Part shown: positions 39,961 to 50,110 of the stretch, one piece after another
How positions within the stretch are numbered: the first letter of the stretch is position 1
How the letters are laid out: each line of letters opens with the position of its first letter
Notes under the pieces: generated by a model
Databases searched by the model: none
Told to the model about the DNA's origin: nothing
Seen by the model: only the letters and a program-made list of their open reading frames with translations
From: an uncultured Bacilli bacterium
Lineage (GTDB): Bacteria > Bacillota_I > Bacilli_A > RFN20 > CAG-631
Direction: 5' to 3'
Assembly (NCBI GenBank): GCA_934201705.1
Contig: CAKPXF010000001.1
Location: 173,361 to 237,360 of the forward strand
Length of the DNA: 64,000 bases
Translations under genes and position numbers: made by a program

Positions 39961-40494
39961 TTAATTATTTTCCTTCCATAATAAGTATTTATAAATTAAG
40001 CAAATTGTTTTGGCATCCTTAATAATTCCTTTTTCAATCATTAAAATGATTTCTTCAAGTTTAAATAACTTTAAATCGATAAATTCATCTTCGTCTAAAT
40101 GATTATTTGATTTAGATAAATCTTTAGCTAAGTATAAATAAATAATTTCATTTGAATAGCCACATGTTGGATACATTTGGCCAAGGCTAATTAGTGAAGA
40201 GGCTTTATATCCAGTTTCTTCATTAAATTCTCTTAATGCAGCATTATAAGGATCTTCATTTATTTCAAGCTTTCCAGCAGGTAGTTCATAAACATATTCT
40301 TTATAAGGATAACGATATTGCTTTTCAAGAATTACCTTATTATTTATAAATCCTAAAATACAAACGCCACCTAAATGTTTTATTACCTCTCTTTTAGCAT
40401 TGTGATCATTAATAACAACATCATCAACATAAAGCTTTACTATTTTTCCATTATATATTAAATTTTCTTTTATTGTTTTTTCTTCATTTTTCAT
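39961..40494 (-). CDS. NUDIX hydrolase, ADP-ribose pyrophosphatase (NudF)-like
   Basis: Nudix box GKLEINEDPYNAALREFNEETG (GX5EX7REUXEEXGU), 177 aa. Confidence 0.8.
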   Translation of the reverse strand: MKNEEKTIKENLIYNGKIVKLYVDDVVINDHNAKREVIKHLGGVCILGFINNKVILEKQYRYPYKEYVYELPAGKLEINEDPYNAALREFNEETGYKASSLISLGQMYPTCGYSNEIIYLYLAKDLSKSNNHLDEDEFIDLKLFKLEEIILMIEKGIIKDAKTICLIYKYLLWKENN

Positions 40495-40603
40495 ATTTTC
40501 AAAAAGTTCCCCAACATCTTAAGTTTATCATATTTATAATATGATTTAAAGACTATAATTTTAAATTATTTTTACTATAATATAAGTAGGAGGTTTAATA
40601 TTT

Positions 40604-41128
40604 ATGAAATACCAAATAGTTAGTAACGGACAAAAATTAAGTCAAAGTGTCCAAGATAATATCGTTAAAGAATTATCTCGTCTTGAAAAATTGCTTTTTA
40701 AAAGTGAGGATTTTGAGTGTCGTATTGTAGTTAAGTTTAAAAATGATAAATCAAAGGTTGAAATCACAATACCAACACCATTCTTGCTATTAAGAAGTGA
40801 AGTTGAATCAGATGATTTAATGGATGCTGTTGTAATAGCAAGAGATAAATTAGAATCACAAATCGAAAAGATTAAGTCAAGGCTTGATCGTTCAAGCAAT
40901 AAGACTAATCTTGGAAGAATTTTTGGAGATGCTATTGAAGAGGATGTTGAAGAAATATATATTAAAAACAAAATAATTCATCCAAGTGCAATGACACTTG
41001 ATGATGCTATAATGGAAATGGATTCAACAGATCATGATTTCTTCATTTATGAAGATATTGAAGATCATACACTATCAGTTGTTTATAAAAGAAAAAGTGG
41101 TGGTTATGGAGTAATTGATATCGAATAA
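40604..41128 (+). CDS. hpf: Ribosome hibernation promoting factor (long HPF/YvyD type)
   Basis: N-terminal YfiA/RaiA fold and C-terminal dimerisation extension; 174 aa; RBS AGGAGG. Confidence 0.85.
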   Translation: MKYQIVSNGQKLSQSVQDNIVKELSRLEKLLFKSEDFECRIVVKFKNDKSKVEITIPTPFLLLRSEVESDDLMDAVVIARDKLESQIEKIKSRLDRSSNKTNLGRIFGDAIEEDVEEIYIKNKIIHPSAMTLDDAIMEMDSTDHDFFIYEDIEDHTLSVVYKRKSGGYGVIDIE

Positions 41129-41171
41129 TACAACTAAAGAAATTTTATAATTCATATACTTAGTATAAAGT

Positions 41172-41202
41172 AAAACGTAGGGTATACATAACCCTACGTT
41201 TT
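41172..41202 (+). terminator. Rho-independent terminator after hpf
   Basis: 11-bp perfect stem aaaacgtaggg / ccctacgtttt with 9-nt loop then T-run. Confidence 0.7.
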
Positions 41203-41399
41203 ATCATAAAATGAACACATAATTCCAATTTCATTTACTATTTTTGCATAGTATATAAGTATATTGACAAGTATGTATCATGTCTAAAGTTTTATAAAAT
41301 CTTTAGGTGATTGTTCCATTATTGGATAAATGTTCTTTGACTTACTTATTTTTTTATTAGACTCTATATGCGATAGGTTATAAGGTTAATTGAGATAAT

Positions 41400-41890
41400 A
41401 TTTTAATTACCCTTCCATTTGGTTTATAATATCTTAAAACATATTTTATTAATCCAGATGTTCTAAATTCATAAATATTTCTTTCGTAGAATGATAATTC
41501 AATGTTATCGAAATTTTTTTCACATATAAACTTCAATGCTAAAAGATATAAAATCCATAAATTTTGGATACATAATTCATGTCATAATATTTTCTATATT
41601 ATTATTTTTATAATGAAAAGATAACAAATTTGGATTTACATAGTACTTACCTTGAATGTTTTGCTGTAAGTCGCTATTTTCAATATTAAACAATTTTGGA
41701 TCAATTAAGTTTAAATATTTATAACTGCCATATGATGATAGTTATTTATCGACAAGTAATGTGTCATCATAATAAAATGCAAATTTTTCAATAAGTTTAG
41801 CAACTAATGTTGTTTTACCAATTCCTTTTTGAACGCAAAAAATATATGCATTGTCTAAATACTCTATTGAGCTACCTTCCACACCATTTT
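41400..41890 (-). pseudogene. Decayed gene for a small P-loop NTPase/kinase (FlaR/AAA-like), multiple in-frame stops
   Basis: Minus-strand frame reads ...IFCVQKGIGKTTLVAKLIEKFAFYYDDTLLVDK* then further stop-interrupted fragments; no intact ORF >60 aa across ~900 bp. Confidence 0.35.
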
Positions 41891-41896
41891 CTTATT

Positions 41897-41904
41897 GGGG
41901 GGGG
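41897..41904. repeat. G8 homopolymer tract (C8 on minus strand) at 5' edge of the decayed P-loop gene
   Basis: ttattGGGGGGGGtgaaaatg; highly atypical for a ~28% GC genome. Confidence 0.9.
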
Positions 41905-42101
41905 TGAAAATGTCTTCACTAAAAATCAAATTTATTATTTGATTTTACAATTTTAATCTTGAATAATATAGTAGAAATTTTGTGTTTAATCATAAAACAG
42001 AATAATAACCAAATAAATCTACATATTGTTTATTAATAAAATTTATAAATAAATTTTAAATATTATATGATATAATGTAGTGTATTATAGGGGGATGTAA
42101 A

Positions 42102-44801
42102 ATGATTAATGAAAAAGCTTTATTAAAACTTGTTAATATAAAAAAAGATTACATACTTGCTAACAATGAACCAGTCCATGCTTTAAAAGGTATAACACTT
42201 AATTTTAGAAAGAATGAATTTGTTTCAATCCTTGGCCCATCAGGATGTGGTAAAACAACTTTATTAAATATCATTGGAGGTTTAGATAAGTATACTGATG
42301 GTGATTTAATTATCGCTAACAAATCAACTAAAAAATATAAAGATAAAGATTGGGATATTTATAGAAACCATAGAATTGGTTTTATTTTTCAAAGTTACAA
42401 TTTGATTATGCATCAGACAATTTTAGAAAATGTTGAACTAGCTTTAACAATTTCTGGAATTAATAAAAAGGAAAGAGTTATTAAAGCTAAGGAAGCATTA
42501 GATAAGGTTGGCTTAAAGGATATGTATAATAAAAAGCCTAATCAATTATCTGGTGGACAATGTCAACGTGTTGCTATTGCTCGTGCTTTAGTAAATGAGC
42601 CAGATATTCTTCTTGCTGATGAGCCAACTGGTGCACTTGATAGTGTTACATCAAAGCAAATTATGGATTTGATAAGCGAAATATCAAAAGAAAAATTAGT
42701 AATTATGGTTACACATAACCCTGAACTTGCCTCTATTTATTCAACAAGAATAATTAAACTATTAGATGGTAATGTTGTTAGCGATTCTAATGTATTAAAT
42801 GATTCTAATGAGGATGTTTCATTTACAAAATCAAATGAAAAAGCAAAAATGTCTTTTCCAACTGCCTTTAAGTTATCAGCTAGAAACTTACTTACAAAAT
42901 GGAAAAGAACATTACTTGTATGTATTGCTGGGTCAATTGGAATAGTTGGTGTTTCAACAGTTTTATCAGTTTCAGCAGGTGTTCATCAATATATTGATTC
43001 AATGCAAGATGATATGCTATCTGGTAACCCAATTACAATTAGCCAAACAGGCTACGATTTAAACGCTATGATGAATCAATCATCACCAATGGATAAAGTA
43101 GATATTGCTATTAAAAATGGCTATGTAAATGTAAATTCAATGATTAAGTATTTACTTGACCAATCAAAATCTATGGATTCATTTAAAATAAACAATGATA
43201 TTACTAAAGACTATATTGATTTTGTTTTAAATATGGATAAGGATTCTTATGCAGCTATGACTTTAGATTATGGTATATCATTAGACAATAATGTTTATAC
43301 AACTTGGAATTATAATAATACAAGTGAAACAAAAAGAATGTCTGTGTCAGCTATTACTAAAATGTATACATCAGTACTTGAAAAGACAAGCTTTAATAAG
43401 TATGCAACATATATTGAGCAATTAAATTCAGGCTTTGCACAAGCTCCAAATAATAATGATTATATACTAAGTCAATATGATATTTTATCAGGAAATGTTG
43501 CTAAAAACGAAGATGAAATAATGATAGTTGTTAGTAAAAATACTCGTTTAACCGATGTATTACTTGCTCAACTTGGTTATTATACTCAAGAGGAATTTAT
43601 TAATTTAGTAAATAATATTTCAAAGGATGAAAATGTTTATGATCATTTAGATGATAATAAGCTACAATTTACATATGATGAATTAATAAATAAAGAATTT
43701 GTTTTTTATCCTAATAATGTAGTATTTAACAAAAATGAAGGCATAACTAAAGAACTTTCACCATTTACATATAATGCTTATGTAGATGAAAGCTTTACTG
43801 ATGGTATTAAATTAAAGGTAGCAGGAATATTAAGACCAAAGGATGATATTTCCTATGGCTGCTTAGATGTTGGCTTTTATTATACTGAAGCTTTAAGTAA
43901 AAGAATTATAAAGGAAAACATTAATTCCGATATAATTAATTATTATAAGGAAAAAAAGGTTGATACAATTACAAGCGGTGAATTTACAACTGAAGCAGGA
44001 ATTAGCGTTCCAACAGGTTTAACATTTAAGTATGATTATATTTATGAAGGTGTAACATATAAGGATAACACAGGTTATGTAGGAAATGAATCCTCAATGT
44101 CTTCATTTATGTCTTTACTTTCACAAATGGTTGGAGGTTCAAGCTCTACAACCACTAAAAAAAAATACTATGATGTTTCCTTGCGTCAGCTTGGTGGTAA
44201 TGATCTAGCTAATAATATTTTGATTTTTCCTAAAACATTTGATAGCAAATATAAGGTTACTGATTATTTAGATACTTGGAACAATGAAGGCGATATAGAA
44301 GTTAATGGTAAAATAATATCATATAATGAAAGAGAAAAGGTTACTTATTCTGATAACTTAGAGCTAATAATTAATATGATTAATACTATGATTGATATAG
44401 TGACATATGCATTAATTGTCTTTACAGCCTTATCATTGTTGGTTTCAACAGTTATGATAGGAATTATTACTTATGTATCAGTTGTTGAAAGAACAAAGGA
44501 AATTGGTGTTATTAGATCAATTGGTGGTAGAAAAAAGGATGTTTCATATTTATTTAATGCTGAAACATTTATTATTGGTTCAATAAGTGGAGTACTCGGA
44601 ATAGTTGTTACTGGTTTAATATCATTATTAATTAATATAGTTGTTCATCATTTAACTAATATAAATACAATTGCTATATTAAGAGTACAAGATGCAGTAG
44701 TTATGATTTTAATTAGTATTGCTTTGACTTTAATATCTGGATTAATTCCAGCTAAAGCCGCTGCAAGGAAAAATCCAGTAGATGCTTTAAGAAGTGAATA
44801 A
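42102..44801 (+). CDS. Fused ABC transporter: N-terminal ATPase + MacB/FtsX-type permease with large extracytoplasmic domain
   Basis: Walker A GPSGCGKTT, signature LSGGQCQRVAIARAL, Walker B ILLADEPT; TM1, ~450-aa periplasmic-type domain, C-terminal FtsX 3-TM bundle; 899 aa. Confidence 0.8.
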   Translation: MINEKALLKLVNIKKDYILANNEPVHALKGITLNFRKNEFVSILGPSGCGKTTLLNIIGGLDKYTDGDLIIANKSTKKYKDKDWDIYRNHRIGFIFQSYNLIMHQTILENVELALTISGINKKERVIKAKEALDKVGLKDMYNKKPNQLSGGQCQRVAIARALVNEPDILLADEPTGALDSVTSKQIMDLISEISKEKLVIMVTHNPELASIYSTRIIKLLDGNVVSDSNVLNDSNEDVSFTKSNEKAKMSFPTAFKLSARNLLTKWKRTLLVCIAGSIGIVGVSTVLSVSAGVHQYIDSMQDDMLSGNPITISQTGYDLNAMMNQSSPMDKVDIAIKNGYVNVNSMIKYLLDQSKSMDSFKINNDITKDYIDFVLNMDKDSYAAMTLDYGISLDNNVYTTWNYNNTSETKRMSVSAITKMYTSVLEKTSFNKYATYIEQLNSGFAQAPNNNDYILSQYDILSGNVAKNEDEIMIVVSKNTRLTDVLLAQLGYYTQEEFINLVNNISKDENVYDHLDDNKLQFTYDELINKEFVFYPNNVVFNKNEGITKELSPFTYNAYVDESFTDGIKLKVAGILRPKDDISYGCLDVGFYYTEALSKRIIKENINSDIINYYKEKKVDTITSGEFTTEAGISVPTGLTFKYDYIYEGVTYKDNTGYVGNESSMSSFMSLLSQMVGGSSSTTTKKKYYDVSLRQLGGNDLANNILIFPKTFDSKYKVTDYLDTWNNEGDIEVNGKIISYNEREKVTYSDNLELIINMINTMIDIVTYALIVFTALSLLVSTVMIGIITYVSVVERTKEIGVIRSIGGRKKDVSYLFNAETFIIGSISGVLGIVVTGLISLLINIVVHHLTNINTIAILRVQDAVVMILISIALTLISGLIPAKAAARKNPVDALRSE

Positions 44802-44854
44802 AAAAGAAAAAATGTATTGAAATATATTGTATTTCTCTACATTTTTTTACTTTC

Positions 44855-47467
44855 TTAATTGATATTAAATCCTACAAAAGAACTATTAATAGATGTTAAA
44901 ACTATATAATTACTATTATTATCAATTTTTATTGAATTTAATGAAATATCGTTAGTTGAAGCAATTTCATTTCCGTCAATTTGGTAAGCTTCAAAGCTAT
45001 TACTAATAAATTCTTTGTTTCTTTTAATTAAATCAATTTCAACCTCAAAATCATCTTTAGCATTTAAAGGATTAGTTTTATTTGTAATTGGTGAGAATGT
45101 ATGGAATTTAACTTTATTATTATCAAAAATAACTTCTCTAATATAACCTTCACCATTACATGTTAAGCCATTAATTAAATGCGAAAGTCTATAAGATTCT
45201 TTTTCAACGAATTGATAGCAGTTTAGTACTTCATAAACTACACGATTATTGTCAAGTACTTTTTTAGTACATGCATTTCCGTCAGTATGTCCACAAAATA
45301 CAAATTTAACATTTTCATTAGGCTTAACAATTTCATCATAAATATATTGCCCTTGAATAGTTTTATCAATTGTTCCATCATAGTCTAAATATCCATGTGT
45401 TGCAACAATAGCATTACGATGCTTGTATGTTTTTAAAACTTCATTAGCCCAAGTAATTGTTTCTTTTTTAGCCTCAACACCAAAGCCAATGTATAAAACT
45501 ACAAAGTCATAATCACCAACACTGATTAAATCATAATGGCATTCATTATCATTTAATGAGCCTCCATAATATGCTTTATCATTAAAACGATTAAATCCAA
45601 AATAAGTGCTATAATAATTATAATCTATTGAAGCAAGGGATGAACCAACATCATGGTTACCAGCACATACGCCATAAGGAACTTCATTATTATCTAATAT
45701 TTCAAAAGCTTTTGTGGCATTTTTCCATTCAGCAATGGCACCATCCTTATAAGAAGGATTATTATCAACAATGTCGCCAGTATGAATTAAATAAGCCATT
45801 TTGTTATTTTTGTATTCATTAGATACATAAGTCATTAAATCATTATACATGTAATTAATATCACTAAATTCTACCTTTGGTAAATATTGTGTGTCAGAAG
45901 CCCAAAGAATTCTATTTGAGCCATTTCCAACATATAAAGGTGTTGCTTTAAATGTAATTTTATTATTAACAACATAATTAGTTGGATTTAAAGTGAATTT
46001 AAGTGGAGTGTCAGAAGCTTTAATAGCAACCTGCTCATACTTTGATGTTTTATTATTTAATGCACTAATAGCAATTTGCTCACCATTTAAAGTAGTGCCA
46101 TCATAAGTAACATATAAAGGCTTGTTTATGTCATTTACTGTTACTTCAAATTCATCAATTAAATTAGCAGTATCTTTTTTAATATTACTGTTTAGTTTAT
46201 TTACTTTATATACACTAGAATTGTATGTAGTATTTTCTTTATAATCATTAAGTTCAAAGCTTAGTTTGTTTTTATCTTTGTTTAAAGTAATATCAATGCC
46301 ATTTGCACTATCCATTACATTAAATACTCTATTTAGAAAAGTTACATTATTAGCAATATCATTTGCGTAAACAAGTAATGAATGCTTACCATTGTTTAAT
46401 GTTGTAAATGAGTAGTCATCATTTAATAGCTTTCCATCTAAATAAATAGCTTTAGAGCCTAGCTTACTATGTTCATCATTAATATTGACATTTAAATTAA
46501 AGTTTTTATTAATTGTTGCAAATTCGTTTAAATTTGTCCTGATTACTGGACTAACATTGTCAAAATAAATATTGTTTTGCAATACTACCTTATCATTATC
46601 CTTTAAGGTAATATAATGTCTTCCATTATCAAATGCAGTCGTATCAATATAATAATTATTATTAACCTCATAGTTTGGATAATCAAAGTAATAATCTATT
46701 TGGAAAGGAATATCAAGCCTAGGGTTTGGGTTATTATCATAAGACAATGTGCTTTCAGTTTTACCCCATCCATCACCAAGCCAATACCATTTATCATCTT
46801 CTTGACTAATTTCATAAGTGTTATATTTGTTTGTTGTCACGTTAGCGGGTTTATATATTACCATTTTACTAGGTTTTATGATTTGGCCATTTTGTAATTC
46901 AACTCTAAAGTTAGATATTTGAAAATCGTCAAATGTGCCTAAAACATCATAGCTTCCACCATGAACTTCATTTCTATTGTATGAAACTTCATTGCGATAA
47001 ACTGCGCCAATTGTAACTGAAAATACATTATTTGTTTCGCGAATATATTGTAGATTGTTATAAAGATCAATACCAAGTGAATCATCTGATGGTAATTTTC
47101 CAAGCTCTAAGCCATTTAAAGTAATTTTGTTGTAGGCATGTTCAACACTATCACTATGGCATGGCGCATCAGGATTTAAATTATATTTAATTTTTCCAAG
47201 TACTTCATGATTAGTACCTTCAAATATTTCATTTTCATCTACATAAACCTTTAATGATGATTTTTTCTCGTTAGTTGAAGCAGCAAAGATAAAATCATTA
47301 TTATAAGCATTATCTTCATTAATTGCCCAATAGTAGTTGTCATTCGTTATAACATCAACTAAATTTTCACTTGATAGAGCTTCATCATTAGTTGAATTGT
47401 TATTTTTGTTGCAGCTAGCTATACTTGCTAGCATTGCTAAAAGAACAAAAGTTATTTTTTTATTCAT
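44855..47467 (-). CDS. Large surface lipoprotein with calcineurin-like metallophosphoesterase domain
   Basis: Signal peptide + lipobox IASC; phosphoesterase motifs GDIVDNN, GNHD; start at ATG 47467 (ORF-track GTG 47479 not needed). Confidence 0.7.
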   Translation of the reverse strand: MNKKITFVLLAMLASIASCNKNNNSTNDEALSSENLVDVITNDNYYWAINEDNAYNNDFIFAASTNEKKSSLKVYVDENEIFEGTNHEVLGKIKYNLNPDAPCHSDSVEHAYNKITLNGLELGKLPSDDSLGIDLYNNLQYIRETNNVFSVTIGAVYRNEVSYNRNEVHGGSYDVLGTFDDFQISNFRVELQNGQIIKPSKMVIYKPANVTTNKYNTYEISQEDDKWYWLGDGWGKTESTLSYDNNPNPRLDIPFQIDYYFDYPNYEVNNNYYIDTTAFDNGRHYITLKDNDKVVLQNNIYFDNVSPVIRTNLNEFATINKNFNLNVNINDEHSKLGSKAIYLDGKLLNDDYSFTTLNNGKHSLLVYANDIANNVTFLNRVFNVMDSANGIDITLNKDKNKLSFELNDYKENTTYNSSVYKVNKLNSNIKKDTANLIDEFEVTVNDINKPLYVTYDGTTLNGEQIAISALNNKTSKYEQVAIKASDTPLKFTLNPTNYVVNNKITFKATPLYVGNGSNRILWASDTQYLPKVEFSDINYMYNDLMTYVSNEYKNNKMAYLIHTGDIVDNNPSYKDGAIAEWKNATKAFEILDNNEVPYGVCAGNHDVGSSLASIDYNYYSTYFGFNRFNDKAYYGGSLNDNECHYDLISVGDYDFVVLYIGFGVEAKKETITWANEVLKTYKHRNAIVATHGYLDYDGTIDKTIQGQYIYDEIVKPNENVKFVFCGHTDGNACTKKVLDNNRVVYEVLNCYQFVEKESYRLSHLINGLTCNGEGYIREVIFDNNKVKFHTFSPITNKTNPLNAKDDFEVEIDLIKRNKEFISNSFEAYQIDGNEIASTNDISLNSIKIDNNSNYIVLTSINSSFVGFNIN

Positions 47468-47565
47468 AAACTTAATCACCCTTAATTATTTTACCATTAC
47501 AAATTTATTCATTCAATGTAATTTGTTGCTAATATTGTTTAGAATAATGTGATAAAATAATATAT

Positions 47566-47931
47566 ATGGAAAATAAAATGATATTATTTAAAAAACTTAA
47601 TATGTCAAAATTTCGCTCATCCTTTAAATTAAAAGAAAAGGATATAGAGTATATTAATCTTAAAGGAATGGATGTTATACGAAACCATTGTATTGATTTT
47701 GTTAATAAAAGGCTTAGCAATATTAATACATTTATTGATGGAAAGCAAACGCCTATGAAGGGCCATCCTGTTTTTATTGCGATGCATGCAACTGCTACTT
47801 GCTGTAGAAATTGTATGTATAAATGGCATCATATTGAAAGCACTCATATTTTAACTGATGATGAAAAAGAATATATTGTTGATATAATAATGACGTGGAT
47901 AGAAAAAGAAAAAAAGCAATTTGAAAAATAA
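47566..47931 (+). CDS. Small Cys/His-rich protein, DUF4186-like (HATATCCRNCxxKWHH motif)
   Basis: 121 aa ORF; conserved-looking CCRNC...WHH cluster; family assignment from memory only. Confidence 0.45.
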   Translation: MENKMILFKKLNMSKFRSSFKLKEKDIEYINLKGMDVIRNHCIDFVNKRLSNINTFIDGKQTPMKGHPVFIAMHATATCCRNCMYKWHHIESTHILTDDEKEYIVDIIMTWIEKEKKQFEK

Positions 47932-47938
47932 TTGCTTT

Positions 47939-49171
47939 TTATAGTTTTATAACCTTTCCATGTTTAAGACGAGATTCTTCTGCAGCAAAAGCCATCTTAT
48001 GAGAAATAACGGATTCTTGAATAGATGTTAAATAAATTGACTTTTTGTTATAAAGTAAATAATCAATTAACTCTAAAAACATAACTCTATCGCCACCACC
48101 ATGGCCAATGAAATCATCAGTATATTTTGTGATATCAATAATTTCCTCTTCATTATTTAAAAAATAATATACTTTGAATTTTTTTTCTTCAAAGTTTCCT
48201 TCAATACAACCTTTTGTTCCCATAACTTTAATATCTCTATAGCAATATCTTGTATAAGCATTCATAGTATGGGAAGCAGTTGAATTATCAGCAAATTCAA
48301 AATTAACTACTTGATGGTCAACAACATCAGAATCGCATTTAAAGACACATTTTGAATATTGACTATGATCTAAATATTTAATTATATTTTCATTACTTAA
48401 GTCATCACCAATTATTGGACGAAGCCATTCCTTATTGTTTAAATAGAACTTATAACAGTTAAATGCACAATTATCTTTGCATTTACAATCAGTACAATAC
48501 AAAGAAGAATCAATAGGAGCATTTTTTTCTTTTAAATAATTTCTATTTCCAAATGAAGATACTCTTTTTACTTCTTTTCCCATTAGCCAATAAATTAAAT
48601 CCATATCATGTGAGCATTTTGTTAAAATCATTGGACCAGTTTCCTTTGAATTCTTCCAATTCCCTCTAGTATAGCTATGAGCTTGATGCCAATAGGCTAC
48701 ATTTTCAGTTGTGTTAATATTTACAATATCTCCAATTTTTTTTGAAATAATAATTTCTTTAATTTTTCTATAAAATATGGTGTATCGTAAAACATATGTT
48801 ACAACAACCTTTAAATTTTTTTTATTAGCCAATTCATTTAATTCATTAACTTCATCAATATTTGACGAGACAGGCTTTTCAATTAAAATATTATAGTTAG
48901 ATTCTAAACATCTTTTAGCTTGAGTAAAATGGTATTTATCCATTGAACAAATTAAGACTAAATCAATATCAAGCTTAGCATTGAAAAACTCATCATCTGA
49001 AGTGAAAATATATTTTGCACTTGTATTATTTTTTATATCATTTGCAATTTCATTTGCACGATAATCGATAATGGCAACATAATCAATTTTATCTAAGTTA
49101 TCCTTGATAAATGATGAGTATAAACGGCCTCTGTTTCCATAGCCAATTAAAGCAATTTTAATTTTTTTCAT
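47939..49171 (-). CDS. Gfo/Idh/MocA-family NAD(P)-dependent oxidoreductase
   Basis: N-terminal Rossmann IALIGYGNRG, EKP motif, 410 aa. Confidence 0.75.
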   Translation of the reverse strand: MKKIKIALIGYGNRGRLYSSFIKDNLDKIDYVAIIDYRANEIANDIKNNTSAKYIFTSDDEFFNAKLDIDLVLICSMDKYHFTQAKRCLESNYNILIEKPVSSNIDEVNELNELANKKNLKVVVTYVLRYTIFYRKIKEIIISKKIGDIVNINTTENVAYWHQAHSYTRGNWKNSKETGPMILTKCSHDMDLIYWLMGKEVKRVSSFGNRNYLKEKNAPIDSSLYCTDCKCKDNCAFNCYKFYLNNKEWLRPIIGDDLSNENIIKYLDHSQYSKCVFKCDSDVVDHQVVNFEFADNSTASHTMNAYTRYCYRDIKVMGTKGCIEGNFEEKKFKVYYFLNNEEEIIDITKYTDDFIGHGGGDRVMFLELIDYLLYNKKSIYLTSIQESVISHKMAFAAEESRLKHGKVIKL

Positions 49172-49181
49172 TTTAATACTC

Positions 49182-50093
49182 CTAATCTAATTCAATTAGT
49201 TCATATTCATCAGAATAGTTAGTTATTTCTTTAAAAGCTTTTAAAGTTAATAAACCATTTCTTGAATTAATTCTTTCAATAAGCTTGTCTTTTCCAGGAT
49301 CGTTACTATTAAACACTAAGTCAATACAGGCCTTATCTAATGCTAATGGATTTAAAGAAGCAAGAATACCAATATCTTTCATACAAGGATCCTCAGCAAT
49401 TGCACAGCAATCACAGTCAACTGACATATTTTTCATAACATTGATAAAAGCCATTTTGTTGTTAAAATAATCACATACTGAGCTTGCAGCATCTGCCATA
49501 GCACATAAAAAAACATTTTGTGGTGGTAAATAGCTCCAAAAATCGTTTTGATCTAATGTTCTTCCAGCACTATGAATATATGCTTTGCCTCTAGATGAAG
49601 CAATGCCTATACTTAATTGCTTTAAAGCACCACCATATCCTCCCATTGGATGACCTTTAAAATGTGAAACAACTAATAATGAATCATAATTTTTTAAATG
49701 ATTACCAACATAATTCTTTTGAATTATCTTTCCATTTTTAACATTTAAAACCATATCATCGTCATTTTCGTCTAATAAATCAACATCGTACAACTCGCTC
49801 CAACCATGCTTGATTAAGGTTTGCTTGTGTAAGCTTGTAGTGTTACGACTGCCACCATAAGCAGTATTACATTCAACTACAGTTGCATCTAAGTAGTTTA
49901 CAATATCATTATAAAAATCTGGATGTAAAAAGTTTTGATTTCCAACTTCACCTGAATGAAGTTTTAATGCTATCTTACCTTTTAATTCAATATTTAATTG
50001 CTTATAAATTTTAACAACATTATCTGGAGTTATGTTTCTAATTAAAAATACTTTACTTTTTTCCACATTTGTCACCTCATAGATATAATACAT
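49182..50093 (-). CDS. DUF362-like iron-sulfur protein
   Basis: 303 aa; Cys cluster CDCCAIAEDPC; family from memory. Confidence 0.5.
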   Translation of the reverse strand: MYYIYEVTNVEKSKVFLIRNITPDNVVKIYKQLNIELKGKIALKLHSGEVGNQNFLHPDFYNDIVNYLDATVVECNTAYGGSRNTTSLHKQTLIKHGWSELYDVDLLDENDDDMVLNVKNGKIIQKNYVGNHLKNYDSLLVVSHFKGHPMGGYGGALKQLSIGIASSRGKAYIHSAGRTLDQNDFWSYLPPQNVFLCAMADAASSVCDYFNNKMAFINVMKNMSVDCDCCAIAEDPCMKDIGILASLNPLALDKACIDLVFNSNDPGKDKLIERINSRNGLLTLKAFKEITNYSDEYELIELD

Positions 50094-50110
50094 ATTTTTA
50101 TAAAAAATAT

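Noticed and set aside
40495-40603. Specific sigma-B/sigma-H promoter call for hpf
   Set aside because: Several AT-rich -10-like hexamers but no convincing -35; cannot discriminate by eye.
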